NCBI GenBank assembly: GCA_013821195.1
Contig: JACDHG010000001.1
Span: 1 to 51,653 of the forward strand
Source of the DNA: Propionibacteriales bacterium
GTDB lineage: Bacteria; Actinomycetota; Actinomycetes; Propionibacteriales; Nocardioidaceae
Direction: 5' to 3'
Length of the DNA: 51,653 nt
A program made the translations under genes and the position numbers. Below the pieces are notes generated by a model. It was not told the origin of the DNA, did no database searches, and saw nothing but the letters and a program-made list of their open reading frames with translations. Shown here one piece after another: positions 1 to 7,756 of this stretch (positions are counted from its first letter, which is position 1; each line of letters begins with the position of its first letter).

Positions 1-419
1 GTGTTGGACCGCAGCACCCACCACTCCAGCCGGCCTCCAGTCTCCCTGGCGAGTATGGCCAATCGACGCATCAACAGCTCACCGATCCCGTGCCCGCGGA
101 ATCGATCGGTCACATACAGATCCTCAAGGTGCACGCCGCGCCTACCCGTGACGGTGCTGTACGTGGGGTAGTAAACGGCGAAGCCGACTGCTTCGCCGGC
201 GACTTGGACGACCAGCGCGCGCGCGAACGCGTCCGCCCCGAACAGGACGGTCTCAAGGTCGCTCTCGTTGGCGGTCACCGCGCCCGGGAAGGACTCCTCC
301 GCGGCGAGGTCTCTGATGAACTGGGCGATGCGTGGGATGTCCTCGGCGCGTGCGGGCCGCACATCCGCCGTTGCCGGCACGTCCTGGCGGGTTTCTGGGC
401 GGACACTGGAGTTCCTCAT
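1..419 (-). CDS. GNAT-family N-acetyltransferase (3' end cut by window edge)
   Basis: My own reverse-strand translation from ATG 419 gives MRNSSVRPETRQDVPATADVRPARAEDIPRIAQFIRDLAAEE...GFAVYYPTYSTVTGRRGVHLEDLYVTDRFRGHGIGELLMRRLA...RLEWWVLRSN, open to position 1. The R-x-x-G-x-G acetyl-CoA loop (RFRGHGIG) and the layout are GNAT/SSAT-like. It is missing from the ORF track because it runs off the window. Alternative start: GTG 362. Confidence 0.7.
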   Translation of the reverse strand, partial: MRNSSVRPETRQDVPATADVRPARAEDIPRIAQFIRDLAAEESFPGAVTANESDLETVLFGADAFARALVVQVAGEAVGFAVYYPTYSTVTGRRGVHLEDLYVTDRFRGHGIGELLMRRLAILARETGGRLEWWVLRSN

Positions 420-508
420 GCAGCAATTCTATTGCGGTGTCGATGGCAGACGATGGCAACTTCAACCTCGTCAAGGCAAACCTGCGGCAGATTCTGCTAT
501 CTTCTGTC
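420..508. promoter_or_regulatory. Divergent GNAT/Lrp control region with two -10 hexamers positioned for leaderless starts
   Basis: On the minus strand, TAGAAT (431..426) lies 6 nt before ATG 419. On the plus strand, TATCTT (498..503) lies 5 nt before ATG 509. Neither start has a Shine-Dalgarno sequence. The region is relatively AT-rich for this genome. Confidence 0.45.
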
Positions 509-1000
509 ATGGACTCGATCGATCGACAGATCCTGCGCGAGTTGCAGCTCGACGGCAGGCTCGCCAATCAGGACCTTGCCGAGCGCGTCGGCCTGTCGCC
601 GTCCCCGACCCTGCGGCGAGTACGGCGTCTGGAGGAGGCTGGCATCATCGCGGCGTATCAGGCAGTGATTGACGCTGGTCAGCTTGGACTGAAGGTGCTC
701 GCGTTCGTCGAGCTGACCCTGGGCGAGCACTCCACGCCAACTGTCGAAGCGGTAGAGCGCAGCCTCGTGGCCAACGAGTCCATTATCGAGGCCCATATGC
801 TGGCCGGCGACGCCGACTACCTCGTCAAGGTCGTGGTTGAGGATCTCGAGGGTTTCGAACACTTCATCGTTCATGACATCAGAGCAATCCCGCACCTCGC
901 CTCGGTCCGCAGCCACTTCGCATTCGGAACCGTGAAAGCGACCGCCCCGGTGCTGCCCTCGACGCGTCCCCAACGCCGACGCGCGGCGGGGCGCCCATGA
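509..1000 (+). CDS. Lrp/AsnC-family transcriptional regulator
   Basis: MDSIDRQILRELQLDGRLANQDLAERVGLSPSPTLRRVRRLEEAGII is the classic AsnC HTH, followed by a RAM/AsnC_trans_reg-like C-terminus. The track ORF 332..1000 is an N-terminal over-extension. ATG 443 is an alternative start. Confidence 0.85.
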   Translation: MDSIDRQILRELQLDGRLANQDLAERVGLSPSPTLRRVRRLEEAGIIAAYQAVIDAGQLGLKVLAFVELTLGEHSTPTVEAVERSLVANESIIEAHMLAGDADYLVKVVVEDLEGFEHFIVHDIRAIPHLASVRSHFAFGTVKATAPVLPSTRPQRRRAAGRP

Positions 1001-1133
1001 GTTCATGGGCGCACTTCGCACTTGGGACGCTTGATCAGGTTCCACGACTCCCGCCGCTACAGGTGCGCCATTTTGAGGATCGAGCACCGGGACACCCCGT
1101 CGCCGGGTTAGGGCGCCTACGTTCGACGTTGAA

Positions 1134-2309
1134 CTAGAGCTCTGGCTGGCGGGTGATGAATTCGGCCATGCCAGGGACAGTGAAGGCGACGATCCCGTGC
1201 TCGGGTGCGTAGACGAGGCCTTTGGCAATCAGGTTGGCGCGGGTGGGTCCGAGGCTGGTGACCTTGCGCCCGAGTCGGATGGCGACCTCGCCAGAACCGC
1301 TTCCACCGTCGCCGTCGGCCGCCATGGCCCGCATGTAGTGCTGTTCGGACCGGGTGGCGCGGTCCCAGCGAGCGCGAAAGAACCCGGCGTCGAGAGCTGC
1401 CCGGCCGCGGGCTGCGCCGACTCGTGCGTCCGTGAGCGTGATCGTGTGCGGGCCGTGTGCTTCGTTCCAGGTGTCCTGCCCGAACTGCTGGAGGAAGTAG
1501 GGATAACCAGCCGCGTCGCGGACGATGTGGTCAACCGCGTCTGCGTCCCACGACACGTTCTCGGCAGTCGCCGGCTCGGTGAGGACTCGGGCTGCCAGCA
1601 ACTCGTCGAGGTGCTCGATGGGCTGGAAGGTAAACAGCCGTTCGGAATAGGACTTAGCCTCGGCCAGGATGCGCGGCAGGCTGGGCAGGCCAGCGAGGGC
1701 GAAGACGCAGCGCCAAGCATTCTGACCAGCAGTGTGCGCGCTGGCGCACAGGGCGGCGAGCTCGTCCGCGCCAAGGTCCTGGGCTTCGTCGATGAGGACG
1801 GCCATCCCAGTGTCTTCCTCCGTTGCGGCGGCGGCCACGTCGTGCAGCAGCTTGCGCAGGTCGGTCTCGAACAGTCCTGTGTCGGCGCCACCGCCCCCGA
1901 CATCGGAGAGGTCGAGCCCGAAGTTCCACGTGCCGCCGATGTCGTAGGAGGCCTTGAAGCTCAGCGCGGTCTTCAGACCCCGGAGCAGACGCTTGCCAGC
2001 CGATGGTCGCGCGAGGTCGGTCAGAGGACCGTGCAGCGCCTCACCGAGCGCTTCCCGAAGTGACTTGCCGGCGCCACCCTCGATCTGGGCGACGATCCAG
2101 GAGCGTTCGGTAGCCCGACGGGCGAATTCCGAGAGTAAAACGGTCTTGCCGACGCCCCGCAGTCCGTAGAGGACGACAGGTTGAGCGGTGCGCCCTCGCT
2201 GGATCCGGTCGAGCGCGACCTGCCAGTTCTGCAGCTGCGCGTCACGTCCGACCAGCGCCGCCGGTGGTCGCCCCGTGCCGGGCGAGTACGGATTGAGCAC
2301 CGGGTCCAT
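1134..2309 (-). CDS. P-loop NTPase, ORC/Cdc6- or archaeal-ATPase-like (AAA_16/ATPase_2 type) with a probable C-terminal winged helix
   Basis: 391-aa ORF. Walker A is LYGLRGVGKTVLL and Walker B is MAVLIDEAQDL. The C-terminus (GEVAIRLGRKVTSLGPTRANLIAKGLVY) looks like a wHTH. SD gaaggtaagg lies upstream of ATG 2309. Confidence 0.75.
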   Translation of the reverse strand: MDPVLNPYSPGTGRPPAALVGRDAQLQNWQVALDRIQRGRTAQPVVLYGLRGVGKTVLLSEFARRATERSWIVAQIEGGAGKSLREALGEALHGPLTDLARPSAGKRLLRGLKTALSFKASYDIGGTWNFGLDLSDVGGGGADTGLFETDLRKLLHDVAAAATEEDTGMAVLIDEAQDLGADELAALCASAHTAGQNAWRCVFALAGLPSLPRILAEAKSYSERLFTFQPIEHLDELLAARVLTEPATAENVSWDADAVDHIVRDAAGYPYFLQQFGQDTWNEAHGPHTITLTDARVGAARGRAALDAGFFRARWDRATRSEQHYMRAMAADGDGGSGSGEVAIRLGRKVTSLGPTRANLIAKGLVYAPEHGIVAFTVPGMAEFITRQPEL

Positions 2310-2418
2310 GACCTTACCTTCTATGAGCGAGTATATGATTTAACTATAGTATTCCATAGATCCGTACAACACCGGTTGGGCGGCATCCGTGACTCCTCAG
2401 CGCGACGGGAGAGAGGGC

Positions 2419-2448
2419 TTGACGGTTGTCGGTGGCGGGGCTTAGTGT
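2419..2448 (+). promoter_or_regulatory. Promoter with RecA-NDp (PafBC-type) motif
   Basis: tTGTCGGTG (2426..2434), 8 nt, then TAGTGT (2443..2448) matches the published tTGTCRgtg-N8-TAnnnT motif. A TTGACG hexamer sits at 2419..2424. Confidence 0.6.
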
Positions 2449-2456
2449 TCTCTTGT

Positions 2457-2472
2457 TCGAACATGTGTTCGA
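2457..2472 (+). promoter_or_regulatory. LexA SOS box
   Basis: TCGAAC-ATGT-GTTCGA is a perfect match to the actinobacterial/Gram-positive TCGAAC-N4-GTTCGA consensus. It lies 9 nt downstream of the -10 hexamer. Confidence 0.75.
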
Positions 2473-2596
2473 GTACGGGGGAGTCTCGCGGCCCACCCGT
2501 GGCGGATCGCTCAGGCGAGGATGGCTTCGACCCCCATCTTCGCCGGGCGGCCGCCGGATCGACCAGTCGTCCTCGCGGCGCCCGGAGGGGAAGCCC

Positions 2597-2965
2597 ATGC
2601 GCAAGTACGACGAGCTCATCGAGGTCAGGCGTGGACTTGTCGCCGGCCAGGAGGCTCCTGAGCAGTTCCTCTGGCGCGACAGGCTCTGGGTGGTCAGCGA
2701 CGTCCTCTCGCACTGGGTGGAGACCGGCGCCTGGTGGGAGCAGGCGGGGGTGGCAGCCCTCCTCGGTGTCGGTGGGGGGACCACGAGCGCCGATGGTGAG
2801 CTCGGGTCAGCGAGGTCAGGGCGGCTGGGAGCTGACCTGCTCGGAGAGCGGGATGTGTGGCGGGTCGAGGCCGGCCGCGGGCGGGTGCCTCACGGGTTGG
2901 GTGTCTTCGAGCTCAGCTTCGACTGGTCGGACGCGCAGTGGCGTCTCGTCGGCTGTGTGGATTGA
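2597..2965 (+). CDS. Trp-rich 122-aa protein of unknown function, immediately upstream of dnaE2 (possibly what RefSeq calls DUF6504; from memory, unverified)
   Basis: ATG 2597 is preceded by ggagggg. The protein reads MRKYDELIEVRRGLVAGQEAPEQFLWRDRLWVVSDVLSHWVETGAWWEQ...VFELSFDWSDAQWRLVGCVD. Its stop is 12 nt before the dnaE2 ATG. The in-frame upstream part (2465..2596) is R/P/G/S-rich and could be coding or 5' UTR. Confidence 0.6.
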   Translation: MRKYDELIEVRRGLVAGQEAPEQFLWRDRLWVVSDVLSHWVETGAWWEQAGVAALLGVGGGTTSADGELGSARSGRLGADLLGERDVWRVEAGRGRVPHGLGVFELSFDWSDAQWRLVGCVD

Positions 2966-2977
2966 CTGCGGCTGCCC

Positions 2978-5900
2978 ATGGATCCCTTCGTCCACCTGCA
3001 CGTCGCCTCGGGGTACTCCCTCAAGTACGGCGCCTCCCACCCGCATCGCCTCGTCGAGCGCGCTGTCGATGCCGAGATGGACACGCTGGCACTGACTGAC
3101 CGCGACGGGGTCTACGGCGCCGTCAGGTTCGCCAAGGCATGCATGCGGGGTGGTATCCGACCGATTCTTGGCGTCGACCTCGCGATCGAGCCGACCGGCC
3201 TGCTGCCTCCCCCGGTGGCGACGAGCAGTCCACACCGGGTGTCGCCGGCTCGTGGCGGCGCCTATCAGGCCGCGCCCCTGCCGCGGATCATCCTGCTCGC
3301 CGGGAGCAAGGCGGGCTGGGGTGCGCTGTGCCGACTCGTCTCCGCCACCCATCTGCGGGGAGAGCGCGGCATCCCCGTCACCACTCAGCATCTGGTCGCG
3401 CAGCATCTCGCCACGCTCACCTCCGACCACGACATGCTCGTCATGCTCGGGCCGACGTCCGAGCTCGGCTGGGCGGCCACCCGGCGCCGCGACGACCTCG
3501 CCCAGGCGGTGCTACGCGACTGGCGTTCGGTCGTCGATCCGGCCAACTTGCTCGTCGAGGTCGTCTCCCACCGCGCCGCTGGGTCGGGGCCGGGGTCCAG
3601 CGCCCATGCAGCCCGGATGGCAGGAGTCGCCGCCGCTTCCGGCCACGGCGTCGTCCTCACCAACGCAGTGCGCTACGCCGACCGTTCAGACGCGCCGGCC
3701 GCCGACATCCTCGACGCCGTACGCCGGCTGGTCCCGCTCGACCTGCGCCACGTCGACCGCGCGAACGCGGAGGGCTTCCTCAAGTCCGGCAAGCAGATGG
3801 CCGACATCGCCGACGAGATCTGCCGCCATGCCGGGCTCGACCAGCGTGAGGCGGAGCGGTTGCTGGCCCGCACCCGCGCGGTCGCCGACCGATGCGCGAT
3901 CGACCCACGCGCCGACCTCGGCCTCGGCGAGGTGCACCTCCCTGAGCTGGGAGAGTCCGAGTCCGCAGGCGGCGACACCAGTGGTGATGCCGTGCTCCGA
4001 GCCCGCTGTGACGCCGGTATCGGCAGGCGTTACGCCTCCGACCAGCACGCCGCCGTCAGCCAGCGGCTCGACGAGGAGCTCGACGTCATCGGGCAGCTCG
4101 GCTACGCGCCCTATTTCCTCACCGTCGCCGACGTCACCGACCTGATCCGCGAGATGAGCGTCCGGGTGGCCGCCCGTGGCTCTGGCGCCGGCAGTCTCGT
4201 CAACTACCTGCTCGGGATCTCCGGCGTCGACCCGCTGCGCTACGGCCTGCTCATGCAGCGGTTCTTGTCGCCGCTGCGCCAGGCGCTGCCCGACATCGAC
4301 GTCGACGTCGAGTCCGCTCGCCGCACCGAGGTCTACGAGCGCATCCTCGACCGCTACACCGGCACCCGCTGCGCCTGCGTGTCGATGATGGACACCTACC
4401 GCGTCCGGCACGCGATCCGTGACGTCGGCGCCGCCCTGGGGATGCCGCCGGGTGAGATCGACTCGATCGCGAAGGCGTTCCCGCACATCCGCGCCAAGGA
4501 CGCCCGCGCCGCGCTGCGTGAGCTGCCCGAGCTCCGAGCATCGGGCCTCGGTGAGGAGCGCCTCGATGTGCTGTTCGGGCTCGTCGAGAAGCTCGACGGG
4601 CTGCCACGCCACATCGCCGTCCACCCGTGCGGGGTGCTGCTGTCCGACGCGACCCTGCTCGACCGGACCCCGGTCGAGGCGAGTTTCCTCGGCTTCCCGA
4701 TGAGCCAGTTCGACAAGGACGACGTGGAGGACCTCGGGTTGCTCAAGCTCGACGTGCTGGGCATCCGGATGCAGTCGGCGATGTCCCACGCGGTCGACGA
4801 GGTGCGCCGCGTCGACGGCGTCGAGGTCGACATCGACGACGAGCAGCAGGCCCCCCGCGACGACCCGGCGACGTACGCGTTGATCCAGAGCACCAAGACG
4901 CTCGGCTGCTTCCAGATCGAGTCGCCAGGTCAACGCGAGCTCATCGGCAAGTTCGCGCCGGAGACGTTCGACGACATCATCATCGACATCTCGTTGTTTC
5001 GGCCCGGGCCGGTCAAGAGCGACATGGTGGTGCCGTTCCTGCGCGCCCGGCAGGGCTGGAGCTCTGCGGAGTACCTCCATCCCGACCTCGAGCCGGTGCT
5101 CGCGCAGACGTGCGGAGTCGTTGTCTTCCACGAGCAGGTGATCGAGATGATCGCTGTCCTCACCGGTTGCACCCTGGCTGAGGCCGACGAGGCGCGGCGG
5201 GCCCTCGGGGACCACGAGGGCAAGCAGGACGTCAAGACCTGGTTCTTCCCCCGAGTGCTTGGCCGGGGCTACCCCACCTTCATCGCGAGGCGGTGCTGGG
5301 AGGTGCTCGAGGCGTTCGCGTCGTTCGGGTTCTGCAAGGCGCACGCCGCCGCATTCGCGTTGCCGACCTACCAGTCTGCCTGGCTGAAGACCCACCACCC
5401 GGCCGCATTCCTCGCCGGGGTGCTGACCCATGACCCTGGCATGTACCCCAAGCGGCTCATCCTCGACGACGCCCGCCAGTTCGGGATCGCGGTGCTGCCG
5501 CTCGACGTCAACGTCTCCGACGACGTCTACCGCGTCGAGAAGTTAGCTGGGTACGACGCTTCCGCGGATGACGAGATGCCAGAGAACCCAGGTGGCTTGT
5601 CGCGGGAGTCCGCGCGGCTTCGCCGCTGCGGACACCCCGTCGGAATTCGGCTGTCGCTGGCTGACGTCAAGGGCATCAGCGACGCCGAGGTGGCCCGCCT
5701 CATCGCTGCTCGGCCCTACGCCTCGCTCACCGACCTGTGGCAGCGCGCACGACCGTCCCGCCCGATCGCCGAGCGACTGGTGCTGACAGGAGGGCTCGAC
5801 TCGCTCTACGGCATCGGCTCCGCAGTCCCCGTCCGGCGCCGCGGCAGCGTCACCCGGCGCGACCTGCTGCTCCAGGTCACCGAGCTCGACCGGTGGAGCC

Positions 5901-6838
5901 GAGCCACCGACAAAGCCGTGCGTGCCGCATCGCCTCGGCGCAAGAAGATCCCCGCCGTGGCAACCGGCCCCGGCGGAAACGACCCACGCGTGCAGGCCGC
6001 GGTGCAGTCGCAGGCAGCGCTGCCGGCTGGTCCCGATGCGGCTGTCCAGCTCACCCTCGACCTCGACGACACCCCCAGCCTCGACGAGGCGTCCGGGCTC
6101 CCTGAGATGTCAGGGGCCGAGCGGGTGCGGGCTGAGCTGGAGATCCTGGGCCTCGACGTCAGCCATCATGTCGTCGACTTCTACGCCCCGATGCTCCAAC
6201 AGCTGCAGGTCACCTGGTCGCGTGACCTGCTGACGTGTCGCAGCCGCCGCGAGCTGCTTGTCGCCGGGGTCAAGGTCGCCACCCAGACCCCACCGATCCG
6301 CTCCGGTCGCAGGGTCGTGTTCCTCACCCTCGACGACGGCACCGGACCCGTCGACGCGACGTTCTTCGATGACGCCCAGGGACCGTACGCCGCCACCTTG
6401 TTCCACTCCTGGTTGCTCGTGGTCCGCGGTGAGCTCCGGCGGACCGGCCCACGAGGGGTGTCCTTGCGAGCGACCGGATGCTGGGAGATGCCGCGCCTGC
6501 ACGAGATCTGGAAGCACCAAGGGGTGGCGAACGTCTGGGACTTCATGAGTGAGCTGCCTCTCGGCTTCGACGCCGGCGACCTCGGCGGCAGACAGTCGGT
6601 CACCGGCGCTGCCGAGAGCCGGTCCTCGCGTCCGGTGGTGACGCAGCCGCCGCGGCTCGACGAGACCGAGCCCGCCGCAGCGCCCGTCACCCGGGCAGGT
6701 GGCATGGGCCGACGCAGGGTGCTGGTGCACGCCAGCGGGTTCAAGCAGTCGCCGTACTCCGACATCCGGCCGGCGGGCGACGACACCAAGTCGGTGCCGC
6801 GCACCCTGTGGCACCGGTCTCCAGGCAGCGCCGGCTGA
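2978..6838 (+). CDS. dnaE2: Error-prone DNA polymerase DnaE2 (Pol III alpha paralog)
   Basis: 1286 aa. PHP N-terminus MDPFVHLHVASGYSLKYGAS, palm motif LPDIDVDVES, then FQIESPGQ and FCKAHAAAFA. The C-terminal tail ...SPYSDIRPAG...RTLWHRSPGSAG is typical of actinobacterial DnaE2. The gene sits behind an SOS box. Confidence 0.9.
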   Translation: MDPFVHLHVASGYSLKYGASHPHRLVERAVDAEMDTLALTDRDGVYGAVRFAKACMRGGIRPILGVDLAIEPTGLLPPPVATSSPHRVSPARGGAYQAAPLPRIILLAGSKAGWGALCRLVSATHLRGERGIPVTTQHLVAQHLATLTSDHDMLVMLGPTSELGWAATRRRDDLAQAVLRDWRSVVDPANLLVEVVSHRAAGSGPGSSAHAARMAGVAAASGHGVVLTNAVRYADRSDAPAADILDAVRRLVPLDLRHVDRANAEGFLKSGKQMADIADEICRHAGLDQREAERLLARTRAVADRCAIDPRADLGLGEVHLPELGESESAGGDTSGDAVLRARCDAGIGRRYASDQHAAVSQRLDEELDVIGQLGYAPYFLTVADVTDLIREMSVRVAARGSGAGSLVNYLLGISGVDPLRYGLLMQRFLSPLRQALPDIDVDVESARRTEVYERILDRYTGTRCACVSMMDTYRVRHAIRDVGAALGMPPGEIDSIAKAFPHIRAKDARAALRELPELRASGLGEERLDVLFGLVEKLDGLPRHIAVHPCGVLLSDATLLDRTPVEASFLGFPMSQFDKDDVEDLGLLKLDVLGIRMQSAMSHAVDEVRRVDGVEVDIDDEQQAPRDDPATYALIQSTKTLGCFQIESPGQRELIGKFAPETFDDIIIDISLFRPGPVKSDMVVPFLRARQGWSSAEYLHPDLEPVLAQTCGVVVFHEQVIEMIAVLTGCTLAEADEARRALGDHEGKQDVKTWFFPRVLGRGYPTFIARRCWEVLEAFASFGFCKAHAAAFALPTYQSAWLKTHHPAAFLAGVLTHDPGMYPKRLILDDARQFGIAVLPLDVNVSDDVYRVEKLAGYDASADDEMPENPGGLSRESARLRRCGHPVGIRLSLADVKGISDAEVARLIAARPYASLTDLWQRARPSRPIAERLVLTGGLDSLYGIGSAVPVRRRGSVTRRDLLLQVTELDRWSRATDKAVRAASPRRKKIPAVATGPGGNDPRVQAAVQSQAALPAGPDAAVQLTLDLDDTPSLDEASGLPEMSGAERVRAELEILGLDVSHHVVDFYAPMLQQLQVTWSRDLLTCRSRRELLVAGVKVATQTPPIRSGRRVVFLTLDDGTGPVDATFFDDAQGPYAATLFHSWLLVVRGELRRTGPRGVSLRATGCWEMPRLHEIWKHQGVANVWDFMSELPLGFDAGDLGGRQSVTGAAESRSSRPVVTQPPRLDETEPAAAPVTRAGGMGRRRVLVHASGFKQSPYSDIRPAGDDTKSVPRTLWHRSPGSAG

Positions 6839-6965
6839 TGACCGCTGCCGACGTGTCAGAACCTCGGGTCGCTCTGTCGACCCCAGTGTCTGACAAGTCG
6901 GCACCACTAGGGTTGAGCGACCGACAGGTCGGTATGCCGACCGTGACCTGCACAGGAGGACGTCC

Positions 6966-7718
6966 GTGGTGGAGCGTCAGCGCAGCGCGATCCGCGGTGC
7001 GGTGGTGTTCGACGCCTTGCAGGCGGTGCTCCAGGCACGTCGGGGGGTCGTCGGTCCCGACCGGCCGCTGCACGTCGTCGACCTCGGTGGAGGCACCGGC
7101 GGACTTGCCGTCCGAATCGCCAGGCTCGGTCATGAGGTCGTCGTCGTCGACCCCAGTCCCGACGCACTCGCGTCGCTCGAGAGTCGTGCCGCGGAGTCCG
7201 GGGTCACCGACTCGGTCAGGGGAGTCCTCGGCGATGCCGCGACCCTGCTCGAGACCGTCGGCGAGCGCAGCGCCGATGTCGTCATCTGTCACGGCGTCCT
7301 CGAAGTCGTCGACGAGCCGGCTGAGGCCCTCCAGGCCGCCGCCGCTGTTCTCGTCGCTCACGGTTGTCTCAGCGTGCTGGCTGCGCAGCGCTCCGCTGCC
7401 GTCTTTGCCCGCGCGATCGCGGGTCACCTGGGTGATGCCCGTGCAGCGCTCACCGACCCCGACGGCACCTGGGGGAGTACGGACCCGGTTCCCCGCCGGT
7501 TCAGCCGGCAACAGCTCACGTCATTGCTGGGGGAAGCCGGGCTCACGGTGGCAGAGACCCGCGGCATCCGGGTCTTCACCGACCACATCAGTGGTGCACT
7601 CGACGACACCGAGCCCGGCGCTGCCGACGCGTTGCTGGACCTCGAGGCTGCTGTCGCGACGGATCCGGACTTCATGGCGATCGCGACCCAGCTGCACCTT
7701 CTCGCCACCCGCAGTTAG
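6966..7718 (+). CDS. Class I SAM-dependent methyltransferase
   Basis: GTG start with aggagga SD. Motif I is VVDLGGGTGGLAVRIA, followed by an acidic post-I residue (VVVVDPS). 250 aa. Confidence 0.75.
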   Translation: MVERQRSAIRGAVVFDALQAVLQARRGVVGPDRPLHVVDLGGGTGGLAVRIARLGHEVVVVDPSPDALASLESRAAESGVTDSVRGVLGDAATLLETVGERSADVVICHGVLEVVDEPAEALQAAAAVLVAHGCLSVLAAQRSAAVFARAIAGHLGDARAALTDPDGTWGSTDPVPRRFSRQQLTSLLGEAGLTVAETRGIRVFTDHISGALDDTEPGAADALLDLEAAVATDPDFMAIATQLHLLATRS

Positions 7719-7756
7719 CCTCGCACGGGGCACGAGGACACACCAGGAGGTCGGCT

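Noticed and set aside
90-672. Plus-strand ORFs 90..668 and 268..672 at the window start.
   Set aside because: They are antisense or out of frame relative to the GNAT gene (clear motifs on the reverse strand) and the Lrp gene, and their sequence is Arg/Ala/Gly-rich.
2367-2378. CAAC-accg-GTTG inverted repeat resembling a second SOS box on the ATPase side of the spacer.
   Set aside because: It lacks the essential G/C of the GAAC/GTTC half-sites and the flanking TC/GA. Only 4 bp per arm match, so it is likely chance.
3686-5431. 581-aa reverse-strand ORF inside dnaE2. Similar long antisense ORFs occur at 23759..24970, 25476..26471, 38863..40113 and 40810..41886.
   Set aside because: These are typical high-GC antisense shadow ORFs. 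Their translations are Arg/Pro/Gly/His-rich with no recognisable motifs, and they fully overlap genes that have unambiguous family motifs.
7719-7756. Looked for an independent LexA or RecA-NDp site in front of dinB, and also in front of the methyltransferase at 6839..6965.
   Set aside because: There is no GAAC-N4-GTTC or TGTCGGTG-like sequence. Only an SD is present, so dinB is more likely co-transcribed.
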